From positions 3,215,573 to 3,279,572 of the forward strand of contig CALOCN010000014.1 in NCBI GenBank assembly GCA_942491735.1: a DNA stretch of 64,000 bases, in the 5' to 3' direction. Below the pieces are notes generated by a model. The model saw nothing but the letters and a program-made list of their open reading frames with translations, was not told the DNA's origin and searched no databases. The DNA is from Candidatus Eiseniibacteriota bacterium. GTDB taxonomy: Bacteria > Eisenbacteria > RBG-16-71-46 > JABDJR01. Shown one piece after another: positions 25,663 to 35,400 of this stretch. Every line of letters starts with the position of its first letter. Positions within the stretch are counted from its first letter, which is position 1. The position numbers and the translations under genes are program-made.

Positions 25663-27267
25663 GTGACGCCGACCCCGACTCCCGTCGTAACGCCCCATCC
25701 CCCGGCCCCCACGCGCGGTCCCGGCCTCGTCGGAGGGTGCGCCATCCTGTTGCTGCTCGCGCTGTATGCCCTCACCTGGTCCCGGGTGAACCAGGTCGAC
25801 GCGCTGCACTATTTCGAGAACATCCGTCGCGGCGACCTGGCCGCGTTGATCCACCCCCACCATCTGGTGTTCGAGCTGGTTCAGGCAGGGTGGGTCGCGG
25901 CCTGGAACGCGGTGGGGCTGCCCGACTCCATCGAGACCGCGACCAAGACCCTGAGTTTCCTCGGATCGCTGCTCGCGCTGCTCGTGTTCGGCGCCACGGT
26001 GCGGCGACACTTCGGAGGCAGGGTCGGCCTCCTGCTCCTGCTCCTCTTCGGGACGACCTACGGCACGTGGCACATGGCGACCGAGGCCGAGCCCCCGATC
26101 TGGTTCCTCCTCTTCTCGGCCTGGAACCTGGCCCTCCTGGCCGGGCTGCTCAAGCGGCCGCTCACCCCCCGGGACGGCCTGGTGCTGGGACTGGTCAACT
26201 CGGCCGGCATGCTCTTCCACCAGGAACTCGTGCTGACCGTGCCGTTCACCCTCGCCGTGATGTGGATCCGGGGCGGCGGGGCGGTGCGATGGCGGGCGCT
26301 GGGTCTCTACGCCGTGACCGGGATCGTCTGCGTGGCCATCCCCTACGTTCTTCTGGGGCTGCGCGCGGCCGAGGCCCAGGGGGAACCGGGGTTGCTCCCC
26401 TGGCTCACCGCCTACTCGCACCGGTTCGAAGGGGAGTACGGCCGTTTCCACCCCGACACGCTGCGCTACGCGGTTCAGGGGTTCCTGGGGACCTGGCTGG
26501 GCGGAAGCGCGCTCAAACCCTACCTTGCCGCAGGCGCTCCGCGGGACGCGGGGTTCCTGCGCGCGGCGGCACCGTTCCTGCTGCTGGCGGTCGGGCTGGG
26601 ATTCCTTCTCGTTCGCTCCCTTTGGGCTTCGGTGTCCAAGGCCCAGCGAAGCACGTTCTGGATGCTGGCCCTATGGACCCTGGTCTACGGAGGCGCTGCG
26701 GTGTGGTGGATGCCGGAGAACCGGAGCTTCTGGATTCCGGTCCTACCCAGCCTCGTCCTCCTCATGGGCTACGGGATGGTCACCGATCGCCGGGGGCCCG
26801 GGCGTGGCCCGCTCGCGGTGGCGGTCGGGCTCATCGGCGTGCTCGTGGCCGGGAACCTCTCCGGCGGCATTCTCACAAAGCATCAGCACCAGGACCGGAT
26901 GCAGCCCCTCCACGTGGGTCTCGATCCCATCATCACCGCGCGGGACTTCCTCGTGATTACCCATGACCGTGTCTGGCTGGTGGTGCAGCACCATCGTCCG
27001 GAGTACCCGGCACGGGGGCTCTTTGTCGGGGGGCGGTTGGGCCGGGATGAAGACTGGTTGGCTGCGGCGGCCGAGGCCCTGGTCGTCCTGCGCCAGGGCG
27101 GACGGGTGTTCGTCGACGACACCCTCGCCGACCCGCTCCTGGATCGCATGCGGGAACAGGGGTTCGATCCCGCGACCGAACCCCTGCAGGTAACCGATCT
27201 GTTCGGCTTCGGGGACTCCGAGCGGGCCGACGACCGGCGCCGGTTGCTCGCCTGGTCCCTCGACTAG
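25663..27267 (+). CDS. polytopic membrane protein, function unknown (possible GT-C-like)
   Basis: GTG start. About 12 hydrophobic segments are followed by a soluble C-terminal domain. I recognise no diagnostic motif. Confidence 0.6.
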   Translation: MTPTPTPVVTPHPPAPTRGPGLVGGCAILLLLALYALTWSRVNQVDALHYFENIRRGDLAALIHPHHLVFELVQAGWVAAWNAVGLPDSIETATKTLSFLGSLLALLVFGATVRRHFGGRVGLLLLLLFGTTYGTWHMATEAEPPIWFLLFSAWNLALLAGLLKRPLTPRDGLVLGLVNSAGMLFHQELVLTVPFTLAVMWIRGGGAVRWRALGLYAVTGIVCVAIPYVLLGLRAAEAQGEPGLLPWLTAYSHRFEGEYGRFHPDTLRYAVQGFLGTWLGGSALKPYLAAGAPRDAGFLRAAAPFLLLAVGLGFLLVRSLWASVSKAQRSTFWMLALWTLVYGGAAVWWMPENRSFWIPVLPSLVLLMGYGMVTDRRGPGRGPLAVAVGLIGVLVAGNLSGGILTKHQHQDRMQPLHVGLDPIITARDFLVITHDRVWLVVQHHRPEYPARGLFVGGRLGRDEDWLAAAAEALVVLRQGGRVFVDDTLADPLLDRMREQGFDPATEPLQVTDLFGFGDSERADDRRRLLAWSLD

Positions 27268-27270
27268 CCG

Positions 27271-28062
27271 CTAACCGGGAAGATTGAGCTTGATCGCGCT
27301 GATGCGTGCTCCGGACGGATCACTGACCAGGGTGAAGGTTCCCACGTCGCCCGGGATCTCCGTAGGGGGCACCAGGACCTTGCCCCCGCTGGCCGTCGCG
27401 GTCTCCGCTGCCTTGGCCGCGTCGTCCACCGTCACGTAGCTGCTCCAGTGCGAAGGGATGTCCCCCCACTCCTTGCTGAGCGGCATCATGCCGGCAAAGG
27501 ACTGGACCCCCCGGGTGAACTCGGTGTATCCGCCGCCCGGCACGTTCGGGTTCGCCTTGGATCCCCAGCCGAAGAGATCGGTGTAGAACTTCCCCGCCGC
27601 ATCGGGATTGCTGGTGATGACCTCGCGCCAGCAGAACCCCCCGTGGCGGCCTTCCATGTCCGCCGCCGCACCGGGGTGTTCGCTGCCGCGGAAGAGCTGG
27701 AACATTGCCCCGGTGGGGTCCGCGCACACCGCGATGCGTCCTACCCCGGGTACATCACAGGGGTCCGCGATCACCGACCCGCCGCGTTCCTTCACCTTGC
27801 CGGCAAAGGCGTCGACATCGTCGGCCCACATGTAGACCGCCCAGTTGGGAGGCATGCCGGGATGGCATTCCTCGGTCAACTCGAACAGACCGGCCACGTC
27901 CTTGTCGTCCACCTTGAAAAGGGTATAGGTACCCGGCATGCCTTCGGGCATGGGGACGTCCACCGCGGCCCAGCCGAACATCGCCGAATAGAACTTCTTG
28001 GCCGCGGCCACGTCCTGAGTACCGCACTCGTTCCAACAAAAATCACCGTTCTGGAAGGCCAT
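27271..28062 (-). CDS. two-domain VOC (glyoxalase/bleomycin-resistance fold) protein
   Basis: Two repeats of the F(C)W.E......A.KFY...FGW pattern (FCWNECGTQDVAAAKKFYSAMFGW and FCWREVITSNPDAAGKFYTDLFGW). AAGGAG lies upstream of the ATG. Confidence 0.8.
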   Translation of the reverse strand: MAFQNGDFCWNECGTQDVAAAKKFYSAMFGWAAVDVPMPEGMPGTYTLFKVDDKDVAGLFELTEECHPGMPPNWAVYMWADDVDAFAGKVKERGGSVIADPCDVPGVGRIAVCADPTGAMFQLFRGSEHPGAAADMEGRHGGFCWREVITSNPDAAGKFYTDLFGWGSKANPNVPGGGYTEFTRGVQSFAGMMPLSKEWGDIPSHWSSYVTVDDAAKAAETATASGGKVLVPPTEIPGDVGTFTLVSDPSGARISAIKLNLPG

Positions 28063-28163
28063 GGAGGGCTCCTTTGCTGGGGTCTATCGGGAGGGGGCCC
28101 GACTCGGCAAGGAAGAACGGGGAGGAGTCGCCTCCCCCCCGTTCGTTGGTCGAGGGTCCGGAA

Positions 28164-29489
28164 TCAGGCGCCCGAGACGCTCACTCCGTCGAACACCATG
28201 CAGGGAGAGCGCATGGAACTGAACGGATTGGGATCGTTGCCCAGGCCGACCAGGGTCTTCCAGAACTCCAGGTGATTCCCGGCGATGTTCAGCTCCGACA
28301 CCGGCTTCACGATCTCGCCGTCCTCGAAGTAGAACCCCTGGATCCCCGCGGAGAAGTCCCCGGTGGAGCTGTTGGAGTTGCCGCCGATGAACCCGGTAAT
28401 GAGGACCCCGCGACCGAGTTCCTTCATCCACTCGCCCTGGTCCTTGTCCCCGAGCGCGAACACCGCGTTGCTGGGCCCGCCGGTGGTGGCCGGTCTGCCC
28501 AGCTTCCGACCATAGTAGGTGTCGATGTAGTAGTTGCGCAGGATCCCCTTCTCGATCACCGGCATCCGCCTGGCGCTAAGACCCTCGCCGTCATAGAGAC
28601 GGGAGCCCTGTCCCTTCTTCACGAAGGGATCGTCGGTGATGGTGAGAACAGGCGAGGCAATCTGGGTGCCCTCGAGTCCCTCGAAGAAGGAACTCTTCTG
28701 CTGCAGGTTGCGACCGCTGAGTCCCGCCCCCAGCCAACGCAGGAGTCGGCCGGTGGTGTTGTTCTCCACGATGATCGCCATGGTGTCGGTCTTGATCTTG
28801 TCGGCTCCCACCCGGCCCAGGGCGCGCGAGGCAGCCTTGCCGCCGATCATCGCCGGATCGGCGATGAACTCCCGGCTGGAGCCCCCCTGCCACCACCAGG
28901 AAGCGGGACGCTTGTCCCCTTCATCCTTGGCCGTGACCTCGGCTCCGGTCCAGAACGCGGTCTGCTCGGTCATGCCCTCGAACCCGTTGCTCGACACGGT
29001 GGCCGAGCGGGACTGGGAGTCGTAGTAACCGGCCGTAGCTGAGATGATCCGGTCCCCCCCGGCGTCCAACGCGGCCGCTTCCACCCGCTTGGCCACGTCG
29101 TGCCGGGTTTCCGCCTCGACCTTGGCATAGGAGGAATCGACCAGTTCCAAATCCACGTCCTTGCGCCCCTCGTAGTAGCTGGGCTCGGGCAGACGCCGAT
29201 GCTCGTCCTCGGTCAGGTACCGGGTCATGGCCACCGATTCCTGGATGAACGGGGTCAATCCGTCCTTGCGCAGGTCGCTGGTGCGATGCGAGGAGTACTT
29301 GCCGTTGATGTACAGCGACAGGCTGAGACCGTTGGTGGTCGCCTCCTCGAGCTTCTCGATGCGTCGTTCGCGGTACTCCAGGCTCACATAGCGCTGGAAA
29401 TCGACCGAGGCCCGGGCTTCGTCCGCTCCCGCCTTGATCGCCGCCTCGGTGGCCCATCGGGCCAGATCCATCTGTTTGTCGTTTGCCAT
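28164..29489 (-). CDS. pmbA: TldE/PmbA-family metalloprotease subunit
   Basis: Has PmbA_TldD family length and C-terminal blocks (GRGVLITGFIGGNSNSSTGDFSAGIQGFYFEDGEIV). It has no signal peptide and sits directly downstream of tldD. Confidence 0.8.
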   Translation of the reverse strand: MANDKQMDLARWATEAAIKAGADEARASVDFQRYVSLEYRERRIEKLEEATTNGLSLSLYINGKYSSHRTSDLRKDGLTPFIQESVAMTRYLTEDEHRRLPEPSYYEGRKDVDLELVDSSYAKVEAETRHDVAKRVEAAALDAGGDRIISATAGYYDSQSRSATVSSNGFEGMTEQTAFWTGAEVTAKDEGDKRPASWWWQGGSSREFIADPAMIGGKAASRALGRVGADKIKTDTMAIIVENNTTGRLLRWLGAGLSGRNLQQKSSFFEGLEGTQIASPVLTITDDPFVKKGQGSRLYDGEGLSARRMPVIEKGILRNYYIDTYYGRKLGRPATTGGPSNAVFALGDKDQGEWMKELGRGVLITGFIGGNSNSSTGDFSAGIQGFYFEDGEIVKPVSELNIAGNHLEFWKTLVGLGNDPNPFSSMRSPCMVFDGVSVSGA

Positions 29490-29498
29490 TTCGCCCCC

Positions 29499-31073
29499 CT
29501 AGCTCCGCGTTCCGTCGACGCCGCCCACGGTGACCGAACCGTCGATGCGCACCGTGGGGAGCCCCTGGCTCACCGGGACGCTCTGACCGTTCTTGCCGCA
29601 GGTCCAGCCGCCGATCGAGATCTTGAGATCGTCGCCCACCATCGATACCTGCTCGAGCGCCTTGGGCCCGTTGCCGATGATGTTGACGTCCTTGATCGGC
29701 TTGGTGAGTTCGCCCCCCTCGATGAGGTACCCGGAGCTGACGTAGAAGGAGAAGTCCCCCGCCCCGATCTCCACCTGGCCGTTGCTGAAGTCCTGGCAGA
29801 AGATCCCCTTGTCCACCGACTTGATGATCTCTTCCCGGGTGTTCGGCCCGTTCTCCATGTAGGTGTTGCGCATCCGGGGCATCACCGAATGACGGAACGA
29901 CTGGCGCCGTCCGCTGCCGGTGGGCTCCACGCCGTAGTGCTTGGCACTGATCCGGTCGTGGAGGTAGGTGCGCAGGATCCCGTTCTCGACCAGCACCGTG
30001 TGCTCGCTCGGGTTCCCCTCGTCGTCGATGTTGATGGAACCCCGCTTGTTGGGGTTGGTCCCGCTGTCGATCACGGTCACGTTCTTGTTCGCGACGGGGC
30101 GCCCGATCATCTCGGAATAGATGGACACGCCCTTGCGATTGAAATCGGCCTCCATGCCATGGCCGATCGCCTCGTGCAGCAGGATTCCCGAATCGCCGGC
30201 GCCCAGCACCACCGTCATTTCCCCTGCGGGGGGCGTGACCGCCTCGAAAAGCCGGACCGTGCGATCCACCGCGTTGTCGGCGATCTCCTGGACGGTCGCG
30301 TCCGTGTAGTGGTTGATGTCGTCTCGTCCGGCCAGGTTGAACCCGCCCCGCTCGCGACGACCGTTCTGCTCCGCCACCACGCTGGCCCCGATGGAGGACT
30401 GCGGTTGGTAGTCCTCGACGGCAAGCCCGTCCGAGGTCACCACCATGATCCGCCCGGTGGAGTCCGAGAACCGCAGGTTCGCCTTGCGCACCCGCTGGTC
30501 CTTGGCAAAGATCTTCTCGTTGATGGTTTCCAGGAAGGGGATCTTGCGGTCCACCCCCACATCGGTCCAGGCGGTCTCGATGGGGTAGTAGTTCGCGTGC
30601 CCCGCCACCTTGAAGGCCTCCGGAGCGCGACCGGCCTGGCCGTTGGCGATCGAGGCCGCGGTCTGGGCCGCCTTCACGATCGAGTCCGGGGAAAGGTCCT
30701 CGGTGAACGCGAACCCGGTCTGGTCCCCGACCACCACCCGCACGCCGACCCCGAGATCGACCGACGAATAGGCCCGGTTCACTTCGCCGTCCTCCAGGCC
30801 CAGGTAGTTGCCTACCGAGTGCTGGAAGTAGAGGTCCGCGAACTCGCCTCCCTTGGCCATCGCGGCCTTGAGGGCCCGTCGGATGACGGCCTCGTCCACG
30901 CCGAAGCTCTCCGCGAAATAGGTCTGGTTGAGGTTGTCCGCCACGGTGCTGCCGAGGGTTCCGGCGGGGGCCGCGAACGCCTTCCCCGTATTGAGGAGGA
31001 AGGTGGGTACGCAGACCATGCCGAGTCCGCCGGCGGCACCCTTCAGAAAGGTCCTACGGGTCCATGGACGCAT
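29499..31073 (-). CDS. tldD: TldD-family metalloprotease with twin-arginine signal
   Basis: ATG at 31073 preceded by AAGGAG. Tat motif RRTFLKGAAGGLG...AFAAP. HExxxH-type site in GILLHEAIGHGMEADF. C-terminal block GAGDFSFYVSSGYLIEGGE. Confidence 0.85.
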   Translation of the reverse strand: MRPWTRRTFLKGAAGGLGMVCVPTFLLNTGKAFAAPAGTLGSTVADNLNQTYFAESFGVDEAVIRRALKAAMAKGGEFADLYFQHSVGNYLGLEDGEVNRAYSSVDLGVGVRVVVGDQTGFAFTEDLSPDSIVKAAQTAASIANGQAGRAPEAFKVAGHANYYPIETAWTDVGVDRKIPFLETINEKIFAKDQRVRKANLRFSDSTGRIMVVTSDGLAVEDYQPQSSIGASVVAEQNGRRERGGFNLAGRDDINHYTDATVQEIADNAVDRTVRLFEAVTPPAGEMTVVLGAGDSGILLHEAIGHGMEADFNRKGVSIYSEMIGRPVANKNVTVIDSGTNPNKRGSINIDDEGNPSEHTVLVENGILRTYLHDRISAKHYGVEPTGSGRRQSFRHSVMPRMRNTYMENGPNTREEIIKSVDKGIFCQDFSNGQVEIGAGDFSFYVSSGYLIEGGELTKPIKDVNIIGNGPKALEQVSMVGDDLKISIGGWTCGKNGQSVPVSQGLPTVRIDGSVTVGGVDGTRS

Positions 31074-31250
31074 GGAGGTCTCCTTGTTTCGACACAAACC
31101 GAGGGGGTGGTTCTGGAATCTGGAGACCCTGGAAGTGAACGAGGAACGGGCCTCCGCAGGGGATGCTAGGAAGTTACCATAGTTCCCCGCAGGATGAGAA
31201 GCGCGCTTTCTCGTTGATCAGCAAGACGTTGCACCGCATAGTCCGGTGGC

Positions 31251-33722
31251 ATGAAACCAGCCCGCGCCGATCTGTGGCCGAGATCCCTGTGGCTCACCAT
31301 GCTCCAATCCCTGATGGTGTTGCTACCGTGTCTGGCTTCCCAACCCCTTGCCGCGGGGGAGGTTCGGGAGGCGGTCCTGAAACCGGCGACCGTCCCCTAC
31401 TATCGGACGCATGTCGAGTGGCAAGGGTTCACCCCAATCGATGCTCCCGACACCTCACGTCCCATCACGGCCGACCCCAACGGGTGGTTCGAACACGAAG
31501 ACCTTCTCGACGGCTCCCTGACCGCCCGGATCGACTCTCCCCGGGACCAGGTCGTCCTGCTCGAGGTGCGTGGGCCCCGTTATGTCGACGTCAACGGCAT
31601 TCGGCGGGTCGGAAACTTCTATGCCACCTCCGACACCTGGGAGTCGTGGGAGCCTCGGTTCGACTACGCCCGAATCCCCGTCCGACTCCACACGGACGAG
31701 AACACCCTTGTCGCCTACCACAGCCGGACCGGTCGCGTCGCGTTGCGGTGGAGCGAACCCAAGGCGCCCCTGCTTCTGAACCTGGACGATGTCACGCTCC
31801 CCGACCTGGTGATCGGGGAGCCGGTCGCCACCTGGGGTGCGGTCACCCTGATCAACGCCACGGACGAACCGGTGGAGAATGCCCTGTTGAGAATTGCCGG
31901 TGGCGGCCTCGAGACCACCGTGATCCAGATCGGCTATTGGATCCCCTTGGGCATCCGCAAGATCCCCTTTCATCTCCTCGGGCCCGCTCCAACCACCCCG
32001 GACCCCCGACACCTCACCATCGAATTGGTTCGGGGCCAATCCACGGTGGACGCGGGGGAACTGGTGCTCGAGGTGCGCGCCCCGCAGGCAGACCGCAAGC
32101 GCACGTTTCGCAGCGAGCTCGACGGAAGCGTGCAGTACTACAGCCTCCTCCCGGCTTCCGGCCCCGCAACCGGCGAGCCCCGGGGGCTCATCCTGAGCCT
32201 GCACGGCGCCGGAGTGGTCGCGACCAACCAGACGGCGTCCTACGCGGCCAAGCCGTGGGCGCACCTGGTCGCCCCCACCAACCGGAGACCCTACGGCTGG
32301 AACTGGGAAGAGTGGGGGAGACACGACGCCTTCGAGGCCCTGGCCGACGCCGAGCGGTACCTGAAGGACGTGGACCCCCGCCGGATCTGTCTGACCGGTC
32401 ACTCCATGGGAGGTCACGGGGTGTGGCACCTGGGGTCGTTGTTTCCGGATCGCTTTGCCGCGCTGGGGCCAAGCGCCGGCTGGATCAGCTTCTGGTCCTA
32501 TCGTTCCCGCGGGGTCGACGCCACCGGGGATCCCCCGCCGATCCTGGCCGGCACCCTGCCCAGCCGCACCCTGCGCTACACGGAAAACCTCGCCCGGCAG
32601 TGTGTCTATGTCCTTCATGGCGAAGCGGACGACAACGTGCTGCCCGAGGAGTCGCGGTCCATGGTCGAGGCGCTCCGGGAGGCCCCCTGCTTGACCTACC
32701 ACGAGCAACCGGAGGCGGGGCATTGGTGGGACCTGGAAGGCGGAGCCGCGGAATGCGTGGACTGGGAACCCATGATGGAACGCTTCGAGACGAGTCGCTC
32801 GCTGCCTCCGGACTCGGTGCGGCACGTCGTGTTCACCACCCCCTCCCCCGGCGTGTCCGCCTCCTCGGATTGGGTCGAGATCGTCCAACAGCACACCCAG
32901 GACACGGTGAGCCGGGTGGATCTCAGCTTCGTCCCTCCCAACGTCATCGCCGGTCACACCGACAACGTGCGGCTCATGGCGCTGGATCCACCGGTCCCGG
33001 CCGGAGTCGACACCCTGCTCGCCCTGACCCGTCCCGCCACCTACCTCACCCGCGCCGAGGACGGCCGTTTCTGGGTCCGACAACTCGTCGACACCCACGG
33101 CTGGATGAGCACGACCCCTGCGTCCCCCACCGTGAAACGCCCCGCACGATACGGGGGGTTCAAGGACGTCCTGCGAAACCAGGTCCTGTTCGTCTACGGC
33201 ACCGGCGGCTCGGCCCGGGAGCAGGCATGGGCCCTGGACAAGGCTCGGTTCGACGCGGAGTTCCTCTGGTACCAGGGCAACTCGGCGGTGCAGGTCGTAC
33301 CGGATACCCACTACCAACCCTCCCCCGCCGCGCCCCGCAACGTGGTGCTCTACGGCAACGCCGACACCAACTCGGCCTGGGAAGTCCTGCTGGGCCACAG
33401 CCCCCTTCAGGTGCGCGACGGATCGCTGCGCTTGGGCGATCGGGAGCTGAGCGGGCCCGATCGAGGCGTTCTTCTGGTCTATCCGCGCCAGGGAAGTGAC
33501 AACGCACTGGTCGGCGTGGTGGGCGGCACGGGAATCGCGGGGATGGAGCTCACCGCGAACCGTCCCGCCATGCACCCGGGGTTTCCGTACCCGGATTGGA
33601 CCATCCTGCGTCCATCCGACTCGTCCCGGATCATCGAAGGCACCGGATTCTTCGACATGAACTGGACCTACAGCGCTGCACGGGGCGACGCCTACTGGGC
33701 TCCGGAGACGCAGGACAAGTGA
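31251..33722 (+). CDS. secreted alpha/beta-hydrolase (prolyl-oligopeptidase/esterase-like) with large flanking domains
   Basis: Signal peptide (LMVLLPCLASQPLAAGE). Nucleophile elbow GHSMGGHG, and VLHGEADDNV (Asp region). 823 aa. Confidence 0.7.
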   Translation: MKPARADLWPRSLWLTMLQSLMVLLPCLASQPLAAGEVREAVLKPATVPYYRTHVEWQGFTPIDAPDTSRPITADPNGWFEHEDLLDGSLTARIDSPRDQVVLLEVRGPRYVDVNGIRRVGNFYATSDTWESWEPRFDYARIPVRLHTDENTLVAYHSRTGRVALRWSEPKAPLLLNLDDVTLPDLVIGEPVATWGAVTLINATDEPVENALLRIAGGGLETTVIQIGYWIPLGIRKIPFHLLGPAPTTPDPRHLTIELVRGQSTVDAGELVLEVRAPQADRKRTFRSELDGSVQYYSLLPASGPATGEPRGLILSLHGAGVVATNQTASYAAKPWAHLVAPTNRRPYGWNWEEWGRHDAFEALADAERYLKDVDPRRICLTGHSMGGHGVWHLGSLFPDRFAALGPSAGWISFWSYRSRGVDATGDPPPILAGTLPSRTLRYTENLARQCVYVLHGEADDNVLPEESRSMVEALREAPCLTYHEQPEAGHWWDLEGGAAECVDWEPMMERFETSRSLPPDSVRHVVFTTPSPGVSASSDWVEIVQQHTQDTVSRVDLSFVPPNVIAGHTDNVRLMALDPPVPAGVDTLLALTRPATYLTRAEDGRFWVRQLVDTHGWMSTTPASPTVKRPARYGGFKDVLRNQVLFVYGTGGSAREQAWALDKARFDAEFLWYQGNSAVQVVPDTHYQPSPAAPRNVVLYGNADTNSAWEVLLGHSPLQVRDGSLRLGDRELSGPDRGVLLVYPRQGSDNALVGVVGGTGIAGMELTANRPAMHPGFPYPDWTILRPSDSSRIIEGTGFFDMNWTYSAARGDAYWAPETQDK

Positions 33723-33770
33723 CGGCGAGCCGACGCACGGCGCCAACCCTTTGTTATCATCCCGCTTGAG

Positions 33771-35372
33771 ATGAACAAGGACCGGAATCGCCACATCATC
33801 ATGGAACGGCTGGAAGAAGCCGGCGGTCTCAAGGAAGGTGTGGCTCGACGCGTGGCCGCCGAGACCGGCGTTCCCGAGGCGGACGTCTACGGAGTCGCCA
33901 CCTTCTACCACCTCCTGGCGCGGCCCGACATCAAGGTCCGCGTCTGCACCGGGTTTTCCTGCCGACTGGGCGGCGCGGACGCGGTGCTGGCCGCGGCCCG
34001 CGGGGCGGGCCTCCCCTGCGAGGGCATTTCCTGCCTCGCCGCCTGCGACCGGCCCCCGGCGGTCCTGCGCAACCGGCGGGTGCTCCCCGAGGTGACGATC
34101 CAGGACATCGACCGGGCCCAAGGGGACTGGAACCGACTGGACTCCGCGGCGGAACCCAACGACACGGCCTGGACGGGTCGGGTGGGCCCCGCGCGTGACG
34201 ACCCCGAGACCCTGGCCCTCAATCTCCTTGGCGCCCCGGACTACTCCGGCACGGCGTTCCGCCACGCCCAGACCCTGGGCGCGGAGACGGTGGTCCGGGC
34301 CATCGAGGAGTCCGGGCTCCAGGGACGCGGGGGGGCCGGCTTCCCCGCCCACATCAAGTGGAGCGGGGTGCGCCGCCAGGCCGAGACCACCCGCTACGTC
34401 GTCCTCAATGCGGACGAGGGAGAGCCCGGAACGTTCAAGGACCGGGAGGTCCTGTTGCGCCGGCCGGATCGGGTCCTGGAAGGACTGGCCATCGCGGCGT
34501 GGGCGGTGGGAGCCAAGGACGTCTACCTCTATCTGCGTGGCGAGTTCGAGATCCCCTGGGGGGTCATGGAGCGCGCCCTGGCCCGTTTCACCGAGGCCGG
34601 TATCTTCGGGGACATCCGCTTCCACTTCCACGCCGGCCACGGCGCCTATATCTGCGGTGAGGAAACCGCACTCCTGGAAGCGTTGGAAGGCAAGCGGGGC
34701 ATGCCGAGGCTCAAACCCCCCTTCCCGGTCGAGTTCGGACTGTGGGGCAAGCCCACTCTCATCCACAACGTGGAGACCATCGGCTGCGTGCCCTCCATCG
34801 TGACCCGCGGCGGGGACTGGTTCCGCGCCCTCGGTCGCGCCGAGGCAGGATCCAAGCTCTATTGCGTCAGCGGCCACGTGCAACACCCCGGCACCTACGA
34901 ACTGCCCCTGGGGGTCAGCCTCGATGAACTGGTCGAGGCCGCGGGGGGCTATGTGGGGACCCTGAAGGCGTTCAGCCCCGGAGGGGCAAGCTCCGGATTC
35001 CTCCCCGCGGCGAAGCGCACGGTCCCGTTGGATTTCAAGACCCTGGGGGCGGAGGGCTCCATGCTGGGCTCGGCCGGAGTGGTGGTGCTCAACGACACCG
35101 TGAACATGCGATGGGCCGCGCGCGAGCAGTTGCGGTTCTTCGAAGACGAGAGCTGCGGACAATGCGCACCCTGTCGCATCGGCACGCGGTACCTGCGGGA
35201 GGCCACCTCCCGCGCCATCGAGGGGACAGGGGAGGAGACCGCCCCCTCCCTGCAGCACGCCGCGGACGTGGCCTGGCAGATGAACGAGGGCTCCATCTGC
35301 GGCCTGGGACAGGCCGCGCCCCTGCCGTTGACCACCGCGATGCAATACTTCCCCGAGGATTTCTCCTCGTGA
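33771..35372 (+). CDS. NAD(P)-linked formate dehydrogenase beta subunit (NuoE-like + NuoF-like fusion)
   Basis: N-terminal thioredoxin-like 2Fe-2S site (CTGFSC ... CLAAC). NuoF-type FMN/NAD block GRGGAGFPAHIKW. 4Fe-4S motif ESCGQCAPCRIGT. Confidence 0.88.
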   Translation: MNKDRNRHIIMERLEEAGGLKEGVARRVAAETGVPEADVYGVATFYHLLARPDIKVRVCTGFSCRLGGADAVLAAARGAGLPCEGISCLAACDRPPAVLRNRRVLPEVTIQDIDRAQGDWNRLDSAAEPNDTAWTGRVGPARDDPETLALNLLGAPDYSGTAFRHAQTLGAETVVRAIEESGLQGRGGAGFPAHIKWSGVRRQAETTRYVVLNADEGEPGTFKDREVLLRRPDRVLEGLAIAAWAVGAKDVYLYLRGEFEIPWGVMERALARFTEAGIFGDIRFHFHAGHGAYICGEETALLEALEGKRGMPRLKPPFPVEFGLWGKPTLIHNVETIGCVPSIVTRGGDWFRALGRAEAGSKLYCVSGHVQHPGTYELPLGVSLDELVEAAGGYVGTLKAFSPGGASSGFLPAAKRTVPLDFKTLGAEGSMLGSAGVVVLNDTVNMRWAAREQLRFFEDESCGQCAPCRIGTRYLREATSRAIEGTGEETAPSLQHAADVAWQMNEGSICGLGQAAPLPLTTAMQYFPEDFSS

Positions 35373-35400
35373 GGCAACCCGGGACAGAGAGGGATTTGGC

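Noticed and set aside
29100-31169. 689-aa plus-strand ORF. The ORFs at 3129-5003, 5075-6535, 35452-37161, 35511-37577, 38169-39662, 38555-39772, 42343-43923, 51809-53197 and 60731-61906 are of the same kind.
   Set aside because: All are antisense to, or out of frame with, genes that have diagnostic motifs (TldD, AP-family enzymes, FdhA, radical SAM, FumC, ATP-grasp-like, kinase-propeller). All have Arg/Gly/Pro-rich translations with no motifs.
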